This document shows, piece after piece, positions 1 to 9,682 of a stretch of 64,000 nt of DNA. A program made the translations under genes and the position numbers. The stretch is taken from the NCBI GenBank assembly GCA_048940925.1, contig JBHLOC010000003.1, forward strand, positions 146,583 through 210,582. The letters run 5' to 3'. Each line of letters starts with the position of its first letter. Position 1 is the stretch's first letter. The notes beneath the pieces are model-generated. The model was not told the DNA's origin and did not search any database. It saw only the letters and a list, made by a program, of their open reading frames with translations. Source of the DNA: Promethearchaeota archaeon (GTDB taxonomy: Archaea > Asgardarchaeota > Lokiarchaeia > Sigyniarchaeales > SOKP01).

Positions 1-2070
1 CTAAGAGAGGGAAGGATATTAGAAAAAACACCATACCAAGAAGTGATTGAAATTTATAAAGAATTACGTGATAAAGTATTAGCAAGAGGTTGGGAAGATC
101 AAGCTAGAATATATTCTAATCAAATCAAAATATATCAAGATAAGTTAGAGAAACATGAAAAATTACTCGAAGTAGAAACTCAGAAAGCAGAGAGAGAAAA
201 ATTATTAGAGGAAATGCATAAGGTCGAACGAAAATCAGAAATTGATGAAGTTAAATTGAAAGCTATTGAAAAGAATAAAGAAGAAGAGGAATTTGAAAAA
301 CATATAGCAGATATGGTTAATAAAGCTGAGAAACTTGTGCGAAATCATGAAATTGCAATGAGGAAAGCTCTAAGAGAAGGATTTATAATAGAAGACACAC
401 CATATCCAAATGTAATTGCACTCTATAAACAAATAAATGATGAAATATTAGCAAGAGGATGGGAGGATCAAGCTAGGATTTATTCCAATCAAATCAAACT
501 ATATCAAGATAAGTTAAAGAAACATGAAAATTTACTTGAAGTGGAAGCTCAGAAAGCAGAGAAAGAAAAACAATTAGAGGAAATGCGAAGAGTAGGGCGA
601 AAATCAGAAGTTGATGAAAGAAGAATAAAAGCTATAGAAAGAAAAAAAGAAGAAGAGGCATTTGAAAAATCTATCACTGGTTTAATTAATCAAGCTGAAA
701 AATTGGAGAGAGATTTTGAAAGGGCTATGAAAAAAACTATAAAAAAAGGGGAGATGCTTGAACAAACCCCCTATGTCGAAATTATAGATATTTATAAAGA
801 AATTAAAGAAAAGGTATTAGAGAAAGGGTGGGGAGATCAAGCTAGTATCTATTCAAATCAAATAAAATTATACCAAGACAAATTAGAGAGACATAAAAAA
901 TTATTAGAGGTAGAAGCTCAGAAAGCAGAAAAAGAAAAACAATTAGAAGAAATGCATAAAGTTGATCGAAAATCAGAAATAGATAAAGGAAGAATAAAAG
1001 CAATAGAAATAAAAAAAGAGGAAGAAGAGGAATTTGAAAAATTTATAACTGACCTAATTAACAAAGCTGAAAAATTAGAAAGAGATTTTGAAAGGACTAT
1101 GAAAAAAACTATAAAAAAAGGGGAGATGCTTGAACAAACCCCTTATATTGAAATTATAGATATTTATAAAGAAATTAAAGAAAAGGTATTAGAGAAAGGG
1201 TGGGGAGATCAAGCTAGTATCTATTCAAATCAAATAAAATTATACAAAGACAAATTAGAGAAACACAAAAAATTATTAGAGGTAGAAGCTCAGAAAGCAG
1301 AGAAAGAAAATCAATTAAAGGAAATACATAAAGTTGATCGCAAATCAGAAGTTGATGAAAGAAGAATAAAAGCAATAGAAAGTAAAAAAGAAGAAGAGGA
1401 ATTTGAAAAATTTATAACTGACCTAATTAACAAAGCTGAAAAACTGGAAAGAGATTTTGAAAGGGCTATGAACAAAGCCATGAAAAAAGGGGAGATATTT
1501 GAGCAAACCCCCTATGCTGAAATTATAGATATTTATAAAGAAATTAAAGAAAATATATTAGCAAAAGGCTGGAGAGAACAATCAGAGATTTATACCAACC
1601 AAATCAAACTATATCAAGATAAGTTAGAGAAACATGAAAAATTGCTTGAAGTGGAAGCTCAGAAAGCAGAGAGAGAAAAACAATTAGAGGAAATGCAAAG
1701 AGTAGAGCGAAAATCAGAAATAGATCAAGGAAGACTAAAAACTATGGAAAGAAAAAAAGAGGAAGAAGACGAATTTGAGAGAACTATTTCTGATTTAATT
1801 AATCAAGCGGAAAAATTGGAAAGAGATTTTGAAAGGGCTATGAAAAAAGCTATAAAAAAAGGGGAGATGCTTGAACAAACCCCTTATGTTGAAATTATGG
1901 ATATTTATGAAGAAATTAAAGAAAAAGTATTAAAGAAAGGGTGGGGGGATCAAGCTAGTATCTATTCTAATCAAATAAAATTCTATCAGGATAAATTAGA
2001 AAAACACGAAAAATTGCTCGAAGTGGAAGCTCAGAAAGCAGAGAAGGAAAAACAATTAGAGGAAATGCAT
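1..2070 (+). repeat. Intragenic tandem repeat, 369-372 bp period
   Basis: Near-identical DNA blocks, e.g. GGGTGGGGAGATCAAGCTAGTATCTATTCAAATCAAATAAAATTATAC at 826 and 1198. Confidence 0.9.
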
Positions 2071-4089
2071 AAAATAGGGAAAAAGGAAGTTAAACCATAT
2101 AAGCCAGAAAAAATAAAAGAAATTGAAGAGGGAAATAAGGAAGAAGATATAGTATTAAACCAAGCAATGAATCTTATAGATGAGGCTGAGAAGTTAGTTA
2201 AAAATTATGAATTAAGTATCAAATCAGATGTTTTATTATACGAAAGTCCTTACAATAAAGCAATTGAAAATTATGAAGAAGCTCAAAAACTACTTAAACA
2301 AATTGACTGGAATGAAGAAGCTATTCGTTTAATCAAAACAATTAAATTTTATAAAGAAAAGAAAGATAAAGATGAAAAATTAAGAGAATTTGAGAAAAAG
2401 AAATTAGAGGAACCAGAACCAACATTATTAACTGCAAAAGTTGATACTGAAAAAGAATTACTTGCAAGAGAAGAGAAGATTTTAGAATTTGAAAAGAAAA
2501 AGAAAGAAGAGGCAAAAGTAGCAGAAGAAATTTTCAATAAAATCCATAAAGCAGAAAGAATGGCACAAGAATATGAAGTGAAAATTAAGGATGGTGTTTT
2601 TGAGCAAGAAGCCCCATATGAAGATATTCTTAAAATATATCGGGATGCTAGAAAAGATTTTGAAGAAATTGGTTGGATGGAAGAATCAATGAAACTCATC
2701 AATACAATACAATTTTATAAAGAAAAGTTGGAAAAAGATAAAAAACTGCGACTCATGGAGATTCAAAAGGAAAAGAAACGAGAAAAAGAAATTTTAATGC
2801 AACAAAAATTACTTCAAGAGGCGAAGGAGGAACAAGAGCGATTTTTAAAACAAAAAGAAGAAGCTCTAATTTTACAAAAGGAAAAAGCAAGCGAATTTGA
2901 ATCAGCTAAGAATAGTGCATTTAATTTAATGGATCTAGCTAAAAATAAATTACAAGAAAACAATTTTGATGAAGCTATTGAACTTTACAAAGCAAGCGGA
3001 GAAATATTTTCTGATATAGGCTGGCAAGAAGGAATTAAAATGGTTAATGATTCAATTATAATGATTAAAAAGAAAAAGGAATCACTTGAGTTTGAAAAGA
3101 AATCATTAGAAGAGAGAAGAATTGAAAAAGTAAAAATTGAAGAAAAATTAGAAGAAAAATTAGCTAAAGCTGAAGAGTTAAGGATATTACAGCAGGAAGA
3201 AAAGAGAAAAGAATTATTGCGAATTCAGAGAGAGAAAGAATGGGAAAGTGAAATTTCAGAAGACGCTTACGAACTTCTAGAACAAGGTACTATTCTGCTA
3301 GAAGCTAACAAGTTTGATGAAGCTTATGAAAAGTATATTGAAGCAAGAAAATTATTTAATAAAATTTCATGGAAACGAGAAGTCTCTAGGATAAACAATG
3401 ATTTATTATTTAAACTCAAGAGAGAAAGGAAAAAATTTGAAATTCTCGAAGATATCAAAGTAAAAAAAGCTGAGGAAGAAATAGAAATGGAGAAATTAAA
3501 ACAAGAAGCTGATAGGAAACGTAGGGAACTTGAGAAAAAGAAAAAAGAAGATAAGCGTAAATTTGTAAAGGAAGAAATTGGGAAAGAGATTAAGAGTAGG
3601 TTAAGAAAAGCTGAAAAACTTCTCCAAAGTTCCAAATATAATGAAGTAATATTATTATTTAAACAAGAACTCACAAGGTTGAAGAAATTAGGAAATAAAG
3701 ATGAAATTGAAAAAATTTCTGACCAAATTAATGACATTATTGCTCAAGCCCAGATTCCTTTAATTACCTTAGAAGTTTTCTCTGAGAATGAAAAATATAA
3801 ATCAGCGTATAAGGCATTAGATAATGCTCAATTTTCTATATCAAATAATCGTTTGATGAAAGCAATTTCAGAATTAAATGAAGCTAAGTTTAACCTCAAG
3901 AAAGTTAAAATAGATAAGAAATTCATTAAGGAAATTGACAATAAAATAAGTGAGTTTAGAGAAAAGCTGGGGAAAAAACCTGAAGTAAAAGGGGAAGCTA
4001 AAAAAGATGAGATGGAACGTCTTAAAGCCCGAATTGCTACTAGACGGGAAGAAAGGAAGAAAAGAGTATTAGATTTATTACGGAAGTAA
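1..4089 (+). CDS. Giant Glu/Lys-rich helical repeat protein (5'-truncated), at least 10 units of ~116-124 aa
   Basis: Frame 1 is open from base 1 (LREGRILEKTPYQEVIEIYK), upstream of the tracked start at 43. A conserved Trp codon recurs at 91, 460, 829, 1201, 1570, 1942, 2308, 2674, 3022 and 3370. Confidence 0.9.
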   Translation, partial: LREGRILEKTPYQEVIEIYKELRDKVLARGWEDQARIYSNQIKIYQDKLEKHEKLLEVETQKAEREKLLEEMHKVERKSEIDEVKLKAIEKNKEEEEFEKHIADMVNKAEKLVRNHEIAMRKALREGFIIEDTPYPNVIALYKQINDEILARGWEDQARIYSNQIKLYQDKLKKHENLLEVEAQKAEKEKQLEEMRRVGRKSEVDERRIKAIERKKEEEAFEKSITGLINQAEKLERDFERAMKKTIKKGEMLEQTPYVEIIDIYKEIKEKVLEKGWGDQASIYSNQIKLYQDKLERHKKLLEVEAQKAEKEKQLEEMHKVDRKSEIDKGRIKAIEIKKEEEEEFEKFITDLINKAEKLERDFERTMKKTIKKGEMLEQTPYIEIIDIYKEIKEKVLEKGWGDQASIYSNQIKLYKDKLEKHKKLLEVEAQKAEKENQLKEIHKVDRKSEVDERRIKAIESKKEEEEFEKFITDLINKAEKLERDFERAMNKAMKKGEIFEQTPYAEIIDIYKEIKENILAKGWREQSEIYTNQIKLYQDKLEKHEKLLEVEAQKAEREKQLEEMQRVERKSEIDQGRLKTMERKKEEEDEFERTISDLINQAEKLERDFERAMKKAIKKGEMLEQTPYVEIMDIYEEIKEKVLKKGWGDQASIYSNQIKFYQDKLEKHEKLLEVEAQKAEKEKQLEEMHKIGKKEVKPYKPEKIKEIEEGNKEEDIVLNQAMNLIDEAEKLVKNYELSIKSDVLLYESPYNKAIENYEEAQKLLKQIDWNEEAIRLIKTIKFYKEKKDKDEKLREFEKKKLEEPEPTLLTAKVDTEKELLAREEKILEFEKKKKEEAKVAEEIFNKIHKAERMAQEYEVKIKDGVFEQEAPYEDILKIYRDARKDFEEIGWMEESMKLINTIQFYKEKLEKDKKLRLMEIQKEKKREKEILMQQKLLQEAKEEQERFLKQKEEALILQKEKASEFESAKNSAFNLMDLAKNKLQENNFDEAIELYKASGEIFSDIGWQEGIKMVNDSIIMIKKKKESLEFEKKSLEERRIEKVKIEEKLEEKLAKAEELRILQQEEKRKELLRIQREKEWESEISEDAYELLEQGTILLEANKFDEAYEKYIEARKLFNKISWKREVSRINNDLLFKLKRERKKFEILEDIKVKKAEEEIEMEKLKQEADRKRRELEKKKKEDKRKFVKEEIGKEIKSRLRKAEKLLQSSKYNEVILLFKQELTRLKKLGNKDEIEKISDQINDIIAQAQIPLITLEVFSENEKYKSAYKALDNAQFSISNNRLMKAISELNEAKFNLKKVKIDKKFIKEIDNKISEFREKLGKKPEVKGEAKKDEMERLKARIATRREERKKRVLDLLRK

Positions 4090-4169
4090 TAAAATTTAAT
4101 TTCTATTTATGAATGTTTTTAGTTTTAGTATTAAGTTTACATATAAAAAGAAAAAAGGATAAAAGTTAA

Positions 4170-4391
4170 TTAGGTTAACAACTTTTCTTCCAACTCATTC
4201 GAGATTTCAGATTTTATTAAATTAGGAGAAATATTTCTTTCAATAGATTCTTCTATTAGATATTCTGTCTTAATTAAATCTCTGATTGCCACTCGAATCG
4301 CCTCACTCCTGTTTGGAAACTTAGACTCGCTAACGAGAAATTCTAGAACTTTTAAATAGGATTCAGGTAAATTTACAGAAATCAACTTCAT
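4170..4391 (-). CDS. Ribbon-helix-helix (CopG/Arc/MetJ) regulator, CdrS-like
   Basis: MKLISVNLPESYLKVLEFLVSESKFPNRSEAIRVAIRDLI has the RHH pattern with an FPNRSEAIR motif. ATG at 4391 is preferred over GTG at 4403. Confidence 0.8.
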   Translation of the reverse strand: MKLISVNLPESYLKVLEFLVSESKFPNRSEAIRVAIRDLIKTEYLIEESIERNISPNLIKSEISNELEEKLLT

Positions 4392-4462
4392 TGAGATACA
4401 CACTAACCCAGTTTTATATTAATCATATTTATAAATTAATACACTAGATATCACCACGGTTA

Positions 4463-4477
4463 TATTTAAGCTTTTCA
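4463..4477 (-). promoter_or_regulatory. Putative BRE/TATA promoter of the RHH gene
   Basis: Minus strand reads TGAAAAGCTTAAATA (purine-rich BRE-like element followed by a TATA-like box). Confidence 0.5.
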
Positions 4478-4613
4478 ATCGAAAATGACCTCATGTAGTC
4501 CGACAGAAATCAGTTTCATGCCTTTCTTATGCATTTGAGGTGAGAATGGGAAGAAATTGTATGATATGTAATAGCTGAATATTTTTAATAAATTATATGC
4601 TCAAGATATTTTA

Positions 4614-4658
4614 CGAAAATTTTTATATATGTGTATTGTGTTACATGTAACCCATACA
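4614..4658 (+). promoter_or_regulatory. Putative BRE/TATA promoter with downstream palindromic operator
   Basis: CGAAAATTTTTATATA is followed by the perfect 12-bp palindrome GTTACATGTAAC (4640-4651), itself flanked by TGTAT/ATACA. Confidence 0.5.
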
Positions 4659-4727
4659 ATTTTTATTTGAGATTAATATTTTAAAATTAAAAATTAAAAT
4701 AAAAAAACAAATAGAATTTGAAAGATC

Positions 4728-5051
4728 ATGGCAGATATTGAATTACAATTAAAAGAACACTTAAAAAGTGGAAAAGATTGGGAAAAAATGGAGACTCCGA
4801 TTGAGGGTGTAAATGTTGTTAAAGTTCCTGCTACAAAAGCCAGACCTGCATTGCTATTTTTAGAGATAAATCCTTTAAAAGAAGATGGTAGACCCCTAAA
4901 AAAAAGAGGATTATTCGTTGGTAATAAGGAAATGCTTATTAAATTTAGCGAAGCTTTAAACGATGACAAAACATTTCAATTAATTGGAGAAATAGAAAAA
5001 GTTAATCCAAAAGTACCTGAAAATGGTACAGCTAAAAAATTAAAAATGTAA
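4728..5051 (+). CDS. Hypothetical protein (107 aa)
   Basis: Clean ORF with typical composition, an upstream promoter and a downstream T-tract; motif LEINPxxxxGRPxKKRGL. Confidence 0.75.
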   Translation: MADIELQLKEHLKSGKDWEKMETPIEGVNVVKVPATKARPALLFLEINPLKEDGRPLKKRGLFVGNKEMLIKFSEALNDDKTFQLIGEIEKVNPKVPENGTAKKLKM

Positions 5052-5177
5052 ATAGCTTCTTGTTTTTTTCATCTATTTTAAATTTTTTACTTCTTTATAT
5101 CCTTATTGAAAATAAGATTAAAAAAAAAGTTAGTTATTGATTAATTTTTTATTGATACCCTCACTCCTTAAACGTCA

Positions 5178-6962
5178 TTAATCAAAGTACCAGTGCCAGC
5201 AATCAAGCATAGCCATAACGTTGTATCCCACTCCTTTTAAGCCTTTTATATGAGCTTGTTGAATTAAAAATACCCATCCTGGAATGTGACAGTAAGAGGA
5301 AGGATTAACTGGTCGAGTTATGTCAAAAAGGTAAGATTGAATGTCCATATATATAGACTGCCTAGCTATAGGATCGGTCAATGATGCAGCAGACTCTATC
5401 ATTGAAATTAATACAGGATCGCTTATTCTAGAGAAACATGACCCCGATTGGTTGTTAAATATTGGATCAAGCATGTTAAATGCATCTAAATAGTCAGGAC
5501 ACCAACCAATAAATCCAACATCCATCTCCCAAGGAGTATGTTCACCTGTATCTAAGTATTCTCCCCATGTTCTAATGGTAACCTCAATATTTACTCCAAT
5601 TAAAGCAAAATTATTTTCCATTAATTGATTTAATCTCTGGTTAGTGGTATCACCAAAATGTTGATTTACTTCGAGTGTTTTCAGTGATAATTCGGTCCAA
5701 TCAGATTCAGAGTCACCAGGATAATTAGGATCAAGACCATTCGTTTCTGAGGGATACAGTGCCATTATAATTTCTCGTGCCTTTTTTACATTACTTTCAT
5801 AATCCCCACCAAAAGGATAATCAGCCACCATCTTCCCTTCAATTGACTTATTATATCCAGGCATAGCCCGTGGAACAGCAGGACACGCGGGATAAGCATA
5901 CCCAGATAGAATTTCATCAGTAATATAAGAATAGTTGGTTACTAAAGCAAGAGCTCTTCTAAACTCTGCAGATAGTTTCTGATTTACTTGACCTCCTACT
6001 ATAGGTGATTCACCCCCGGGAGGTCCACTATAAATCTCCAAATAAAAGTAACATAAATCTTCGCCAACATCTTCAACTATAATATCAGATTCTGCTTTAA
6101 ATTGTGTAATATATGACTTCGGTACATTATTAACATAATCGAATTGCCCTGCTAAACCTGCAGTCATTCTAGCTGTGTCATCTTCAATTATTCTAAAAAT
6201 AAGAATTTCTGCCCAAGGATTGGTTCCCCAATATCTCTCCCATCTTTCGAATCTAACTTCACGATCATATATATAATGTATATATTTAAATGGACCAGTA
6301 CCAATTATTATGTCTGAATTCATATCTAGAAATCTATATTTGGGTGTAGAAGCTGGTGATAAGATATAAGTACCACAAAAAGTCATTAAGTCTATAAAAG
6401 CACCAAATGGTTTATTCAAGTAGACAGTGAAGTTATACATATCAGTCACTTCTGTTTTATTTATAATCGGAGTCCCATCAGAGAAATAATACACTGCTGA
6501 TAGAAAGGCTTCCCAAGAGGTATCATTAGCAACAAGATCACCTGACGAATTGATGAAATACATTAGCCTATCAAAATTCCATTTTACGGCCTCAGCAGTT
6601 AAAGGATACCCATCATGGAAAAAGACATTTTCTCTAATTTTAAATGATATACAAGATGAATTATGCCAAAACCATTCTTTAGCAAGTTTTGGTATTATAC
6701 TATAGTTTGGATGATCCTGATAATCATAATCTACTAAACTCTCAGCAACTTGATGTTCTGCGATATGTGATGGAACATCCCAGGTGTCGAGAGGATCAAT
6801 TGCAGCTAAATTTGACCCATAACCTACTATAATTGTATTCTTTTTTTCAGATCTGCGCCCAAGTATTCCACCAGAAACAGCTAAAACTATATTTCCAATG
6901 CCTGATGCAACAAGTACAATAGAAAGAATTATGATTGCAAAATTTTTTTTCTCCATTTCCAT
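5178..6962 (-). CDS. ABC transporter substrate-binding protein, family 5 (oligo/dipeptide)
   Basis: N-terminal TM anchor; PKLAKEW, FKIRENVFFHDGYPLTAEAVKWNFDR, IGTGPFK. Confidence 0.9.
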   Translation of the reverse strand: MEMEKKNFAIIILSIVLVASGIGNIVLAVSGGILGRRSEKKNTIIVGYGSNLAAIDPLDTWDVPSHIAEHQVAESLVDYDYQDHPNYSIIPKLAKEWFWHNSSCISFKIRENVFFHDGYPLTAEAVKWNFDRLMYFINSSGDLVANDTSWEAFLSAVYYFSDGTPIINKTEVTDMYNFTVYLNKPFGAFIDLMTFCGTYILSPASTPKYRFLDMNSDIIIGTGPFKYIHYIYDREVRFERWERYWGTNPWAEILIFRIIEDDTARMTAGLAGQFDYVNNVPKSYITQFKAESDIIVEDVGEDLCYFYLEIYSGPPGGESPIVGGQVNQKLSAEFRRALALVTNYSYITDEILSGYAYPACPAVPRAMPGYNKSIEGKMVADYPFGGDYESNVKKAREIIMALYPSETNGLDPNYPGDSESDWTELSLKTLEVNQHFGDTTNQRLNQLMENNFALIGVNIEVTIRTWGEYLDTGEHTPWEMDVGFIGWCPDYLDAFNMLDPIFNNQSGSCFSRISDPVLISMIESAASLTDPIARQSIYMDIQSYLFDITRPVNPSSYCHIPGWVFLIQQAHIKGLKGVGYNVMAMLDCWHWYFD

Positions 6963-7185
6963 AAATATTCACTTTTAATTTTTAATTTTTTTTTACGTTT
7001 TTATTCTGTTAAATTAAAGATTTATCAATCTTTATTTAATTTTTAAATCTAAATTATAGGTTAAATATATCTCTGAAATCGCCAATTTAAACATTGTTAT
7101 ATGCATTTTATGATAAAAAGATTTCTCTACATTTCATAATATCTCTAAAATTTCATGATATTTTAAGTCATCTCGATATTTTATG

Positions 7186-7535
7186 AAGTTTGGATATTTC
7201 CACATATTTCCCATTTATGCTCAGAAAAGAAAAGACTTCTCCCAGAAGTATGTTTTCTAGGAGAAGATTTGATATTATACAATATGCAAATGGAAATGAA
7301 AAATGAGAGTTGATGAATAAATGCCCGTATTAACATATTAATAATTGCAATTTTCTTAATTTCCTCTCAAATTTCGCTTTATATAAATAAAACTAGAAAA
7401 TCTTAAATATAAATAATTATCAAACAAAGTTTTATAAATAATATTTTCCCACACTTCAAAAAATTACGAGAAATTTAGATTTCTTTATTTTTCAAAATAT
7501 TATTTGAAAGTTTGGATATTCCCACATATTTCCCA
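7186..7535. repeat. Pair of 28-bp direct repeats in a 710-bp intergenic region
   Basis: AAGTTTGGATATTTCCACATATTTCCCA (7186-7213) and AAGTTTGGATATTCCCACATATTTCCCA (7508-7535) are 27/28 identical; partial copy at 7441-7454. Confidence 0.85.
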
Positions 7536-7674
7536 CATAACTGTCAATGACTCATATATGTGTTGTATGCCAAAAATAAAGATTTTTAGATAAATCCCTT
7601 TTTTGAAAAACATTTAATTTTTAATTGCATAATTTATTTAATATTATAATATAATAAGTCAATTATGTGATTAT

Positions 7675-7962
7675 ATGGTTAATCAAGAAGATGGTGTGCA
7701 TTGTATAGTTTGTGGAAAAGATAATTTTTCTCTGGCTCATGATGAGTGGATGAGAAGAGCATTTCCATTTGTAGAACAAGGTCAACTTAAAATGTGTTCG
7801 GGTTGTGGAGCGAAATATTTAGTTTGTAATAATTGCGGAGGTTTATATTGTCGCATACATCCTGCTCTTGAAGCATGGGAACTTCCAGATAAATGTCCTA
7901 AATGCGGATGGATAAATAAGGACGTAAAAGTTTGGGACGGAACATCTGCTCGTCATTTTTAA
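7675..7962 (+). CDS. Small multi-zinc-ribbon protein
   Basis: Four CxxC(G) motifs (CIVCG, CSGCG, CNNCG, CPKCG) in 95 aa. Confidence 0.8.
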   Translation: MVNQEDGVHCIVCGKDNFSLAHDEWMRRAFPFVEQGQLKMCSGCGAKYLVCNNCGGLYCRIHPALEAWELPDKCPKCGWINKDVKVWDGTSARHF

Positions 7963-8173
7963 TAGAAGATTTTTTAATTGACATTATGTTTTTTATATTT
8001 TAAATTTTAAGCAGAAGAAATTTATATAAATTTCGAAGTCTAACGGGTTCAAAGTTAATTAGCTATAATAAAATTAACATATTTTGAGTTCTTAATTAAT
8101 AATAAGTCAAGAAAGTTTTAATTTTAAAGAATCAATAATATTTTTATTAATAATTATTTTGTAATGGTTAGAT

Positions 8174-8647
8174 ATGACCAATATAAAGGTAGAAATAGCT
8201 TCCCCTGAGCAGATCGAGGATTTAAAAAATTTAACGAAGCTATTGGTGGAAGGTCTTGGACAAGAATTTGATCCAAAGCGATTTGACTGGGGTATTCGTC
8301 GTCGACTTTATGATCCCCTCCAACGACATGGTATACTCATCGCTGTAGATGAAGATGAGAATAAAGTTGTAGGAATGATTATTGCTGAATTGCGAATAGA
8401 TCCATTTGGGTCATCTGAAGGATATATTAAACAATTCTTCTTGAAGGAAAAATATAGAAGAAAAGGTTCTGGACATCTTTTACTAGAAAAAGCACTTGAA
8501 CACTTAAAAAAAATAAAAGTGGAAAAAGTAAAAGTTAATATTAAAGAACAAGCAATAGATGCTTCAAGTCTTTATGAACAGATGAATTTTAAGAAGGTCT
8601 ACGAGGTTTTAGAATTAGATTTAACTAGAGAAAAACCCATAAGTTAA
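8174..8647 (+). CDS. GNAT family N-acetyltransferase
   Basis: Acetyl-CoA motif A YRRKGSGHLLL and motif B ASSLYEQMNF. Confidence 0.85.
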   Translation: MTNIKVEIASPEQIEDLKNLTKLLVEGLGQEFDPKRFDWGIRRRLYDPLQRHGILIAVDEDENKVVGMIIAELRIDPFGSSEGYIKQFFLKEKYRRKGSGHLLLEKALEHLKKIKVEKVKVNIKEQAIDASSLYEQMNFKKVYEVLELDLTREKPIS

Positions 8648-8665
8648 ATATTTAATATTAAAAAA

Positions 8666-9637
8666 ATGAGTCTAGAGATTCCTTGGGTTGAGAAATATCG
8701 TCCAAAGTCACTTAATGAAATAGTTAGCCAGAATATTGCGATTAATCGTCTAAGAGAATTTTTGAAAACTCCCAATATGCCTCATATGATTTTTACTGGC
8801 CCTGCGGGTACAGGTAAAACTAGTACTGCCTTATTAATAGCGAAAAATTTCTTAAAGACAAAAGATTTAGATACAAACCTTTTAGAATTAAATGCTTCTG
8901 ATACTGTAAGAATAGATTATGTAAGAAATATTTTAAAAAGTTTTGTTAATCAAAACTTAGTCAAAGATGGGAGTCTTAAATTTGTAATTTTAGACGAGGC
9001 AGATAACATTCCTGGACAAGTTCAGCAAGCTCTTAGAAGAATTATTGAAAAGGCATCATCTAATATAAAGTTTATCTTATTATGTAATTATATAAATAGA
9101 ATAATCGATCCAATTATTTCTAGATGTGCTGTATTTAGGTTTGTGAATTTAGCAAAGGAAAGTATTGTACAAAGGTTAAAATTCATAATTAAACAGGAAA
9201 AATTAAAGATAGCCCCTGAAAAATCAGAAGAATTTTTTAATCTATTATTTTTTATATCAGGAGGGGACTTAAGAAAAGGTATAAATACTCTTCAAATGTC
9301 TGTATCTCTGGAACTACTAACCAACTTAGATTTAGACGAAATTTTAAAAATATCTGGATTCTTGGATAAAACAACCTTGAATGATTTAATAAATGCTCTT
9401 AAAAAGAAAGATTTAATACAAGCAAAAGAAATTATGGAAACTATTGAGTCACTTGACAGTCGAAATTTTATACGACAATTACTAGAAGTTGTACCACAGT
9501 TTAAAATTAATCCTGAAAAAATGTTAAAAATTAGGAGTTATGTTGGAGAGATAGATTACCGAATAAGTCAAGGTGCTGATGAAGATATCCAAATTTCAGC
9601 ACTACTAGCAACAATTTTAGAGAATATAGAATCATAA
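8666..9637 (+). CDS. rfcS: Replication factor C small subunit
   Basis: PWVEKYRP, GPAGTGKTS, LELNASD, ILDEAD, ISRC, GGDLRKGIN. Confidence 0.95.
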   Translation: MSLEIPWVEKYRPKSLNEIVSQNIAINRLREFLKTPNMPHMIFTGPAGTGKTSTALLIAKNFLKTKDLDTNLLELNASDTVRIDYVRNILKSFVNQNLVKDGSLKFVILDEADNIPGQVQQALRRIIEKASSNIKFILLCNYINRIIDPIISRCAVFRFVNLAKESIVQRLKFIIKQEKLKIAPEKSEEFFNLLFFISGGDLRKGINTLQMSVSLELLTNLDLDEILKISGFLDKTTLNDLINALKKKDLIQAKEIMETIESLDSRNFIRQLLEVVPQFKINPEKMLKIRSYVGEIDYRISQGADEDIQISALLATILENIES

Positions 9638-9682
9638 TTATTTTAATATATATTAACCATAATAATAGAGAAAAAAACAAGC

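Noticed and set aside
1-2070. Periodic DNA repeats as a CRISPR array
   Set aside because: The period is ~370 bp, in frame and coding, with no unique spacers or cas genes.
2349-3737. Minus-strand ORFs 2349-2702 and 3324-3737
   Set aside because: Ser/Phe/Leu-rich antisense shadows of the Glu/Lys-rich gene.
4488-4545. Slightly GC-richer intergenic stretch with CCTCA...TGAGG pairing as a possible ncRNA
   Set aside because: Only a short stem; no tRNA, C/D box or riboswitch pattern recognisable.
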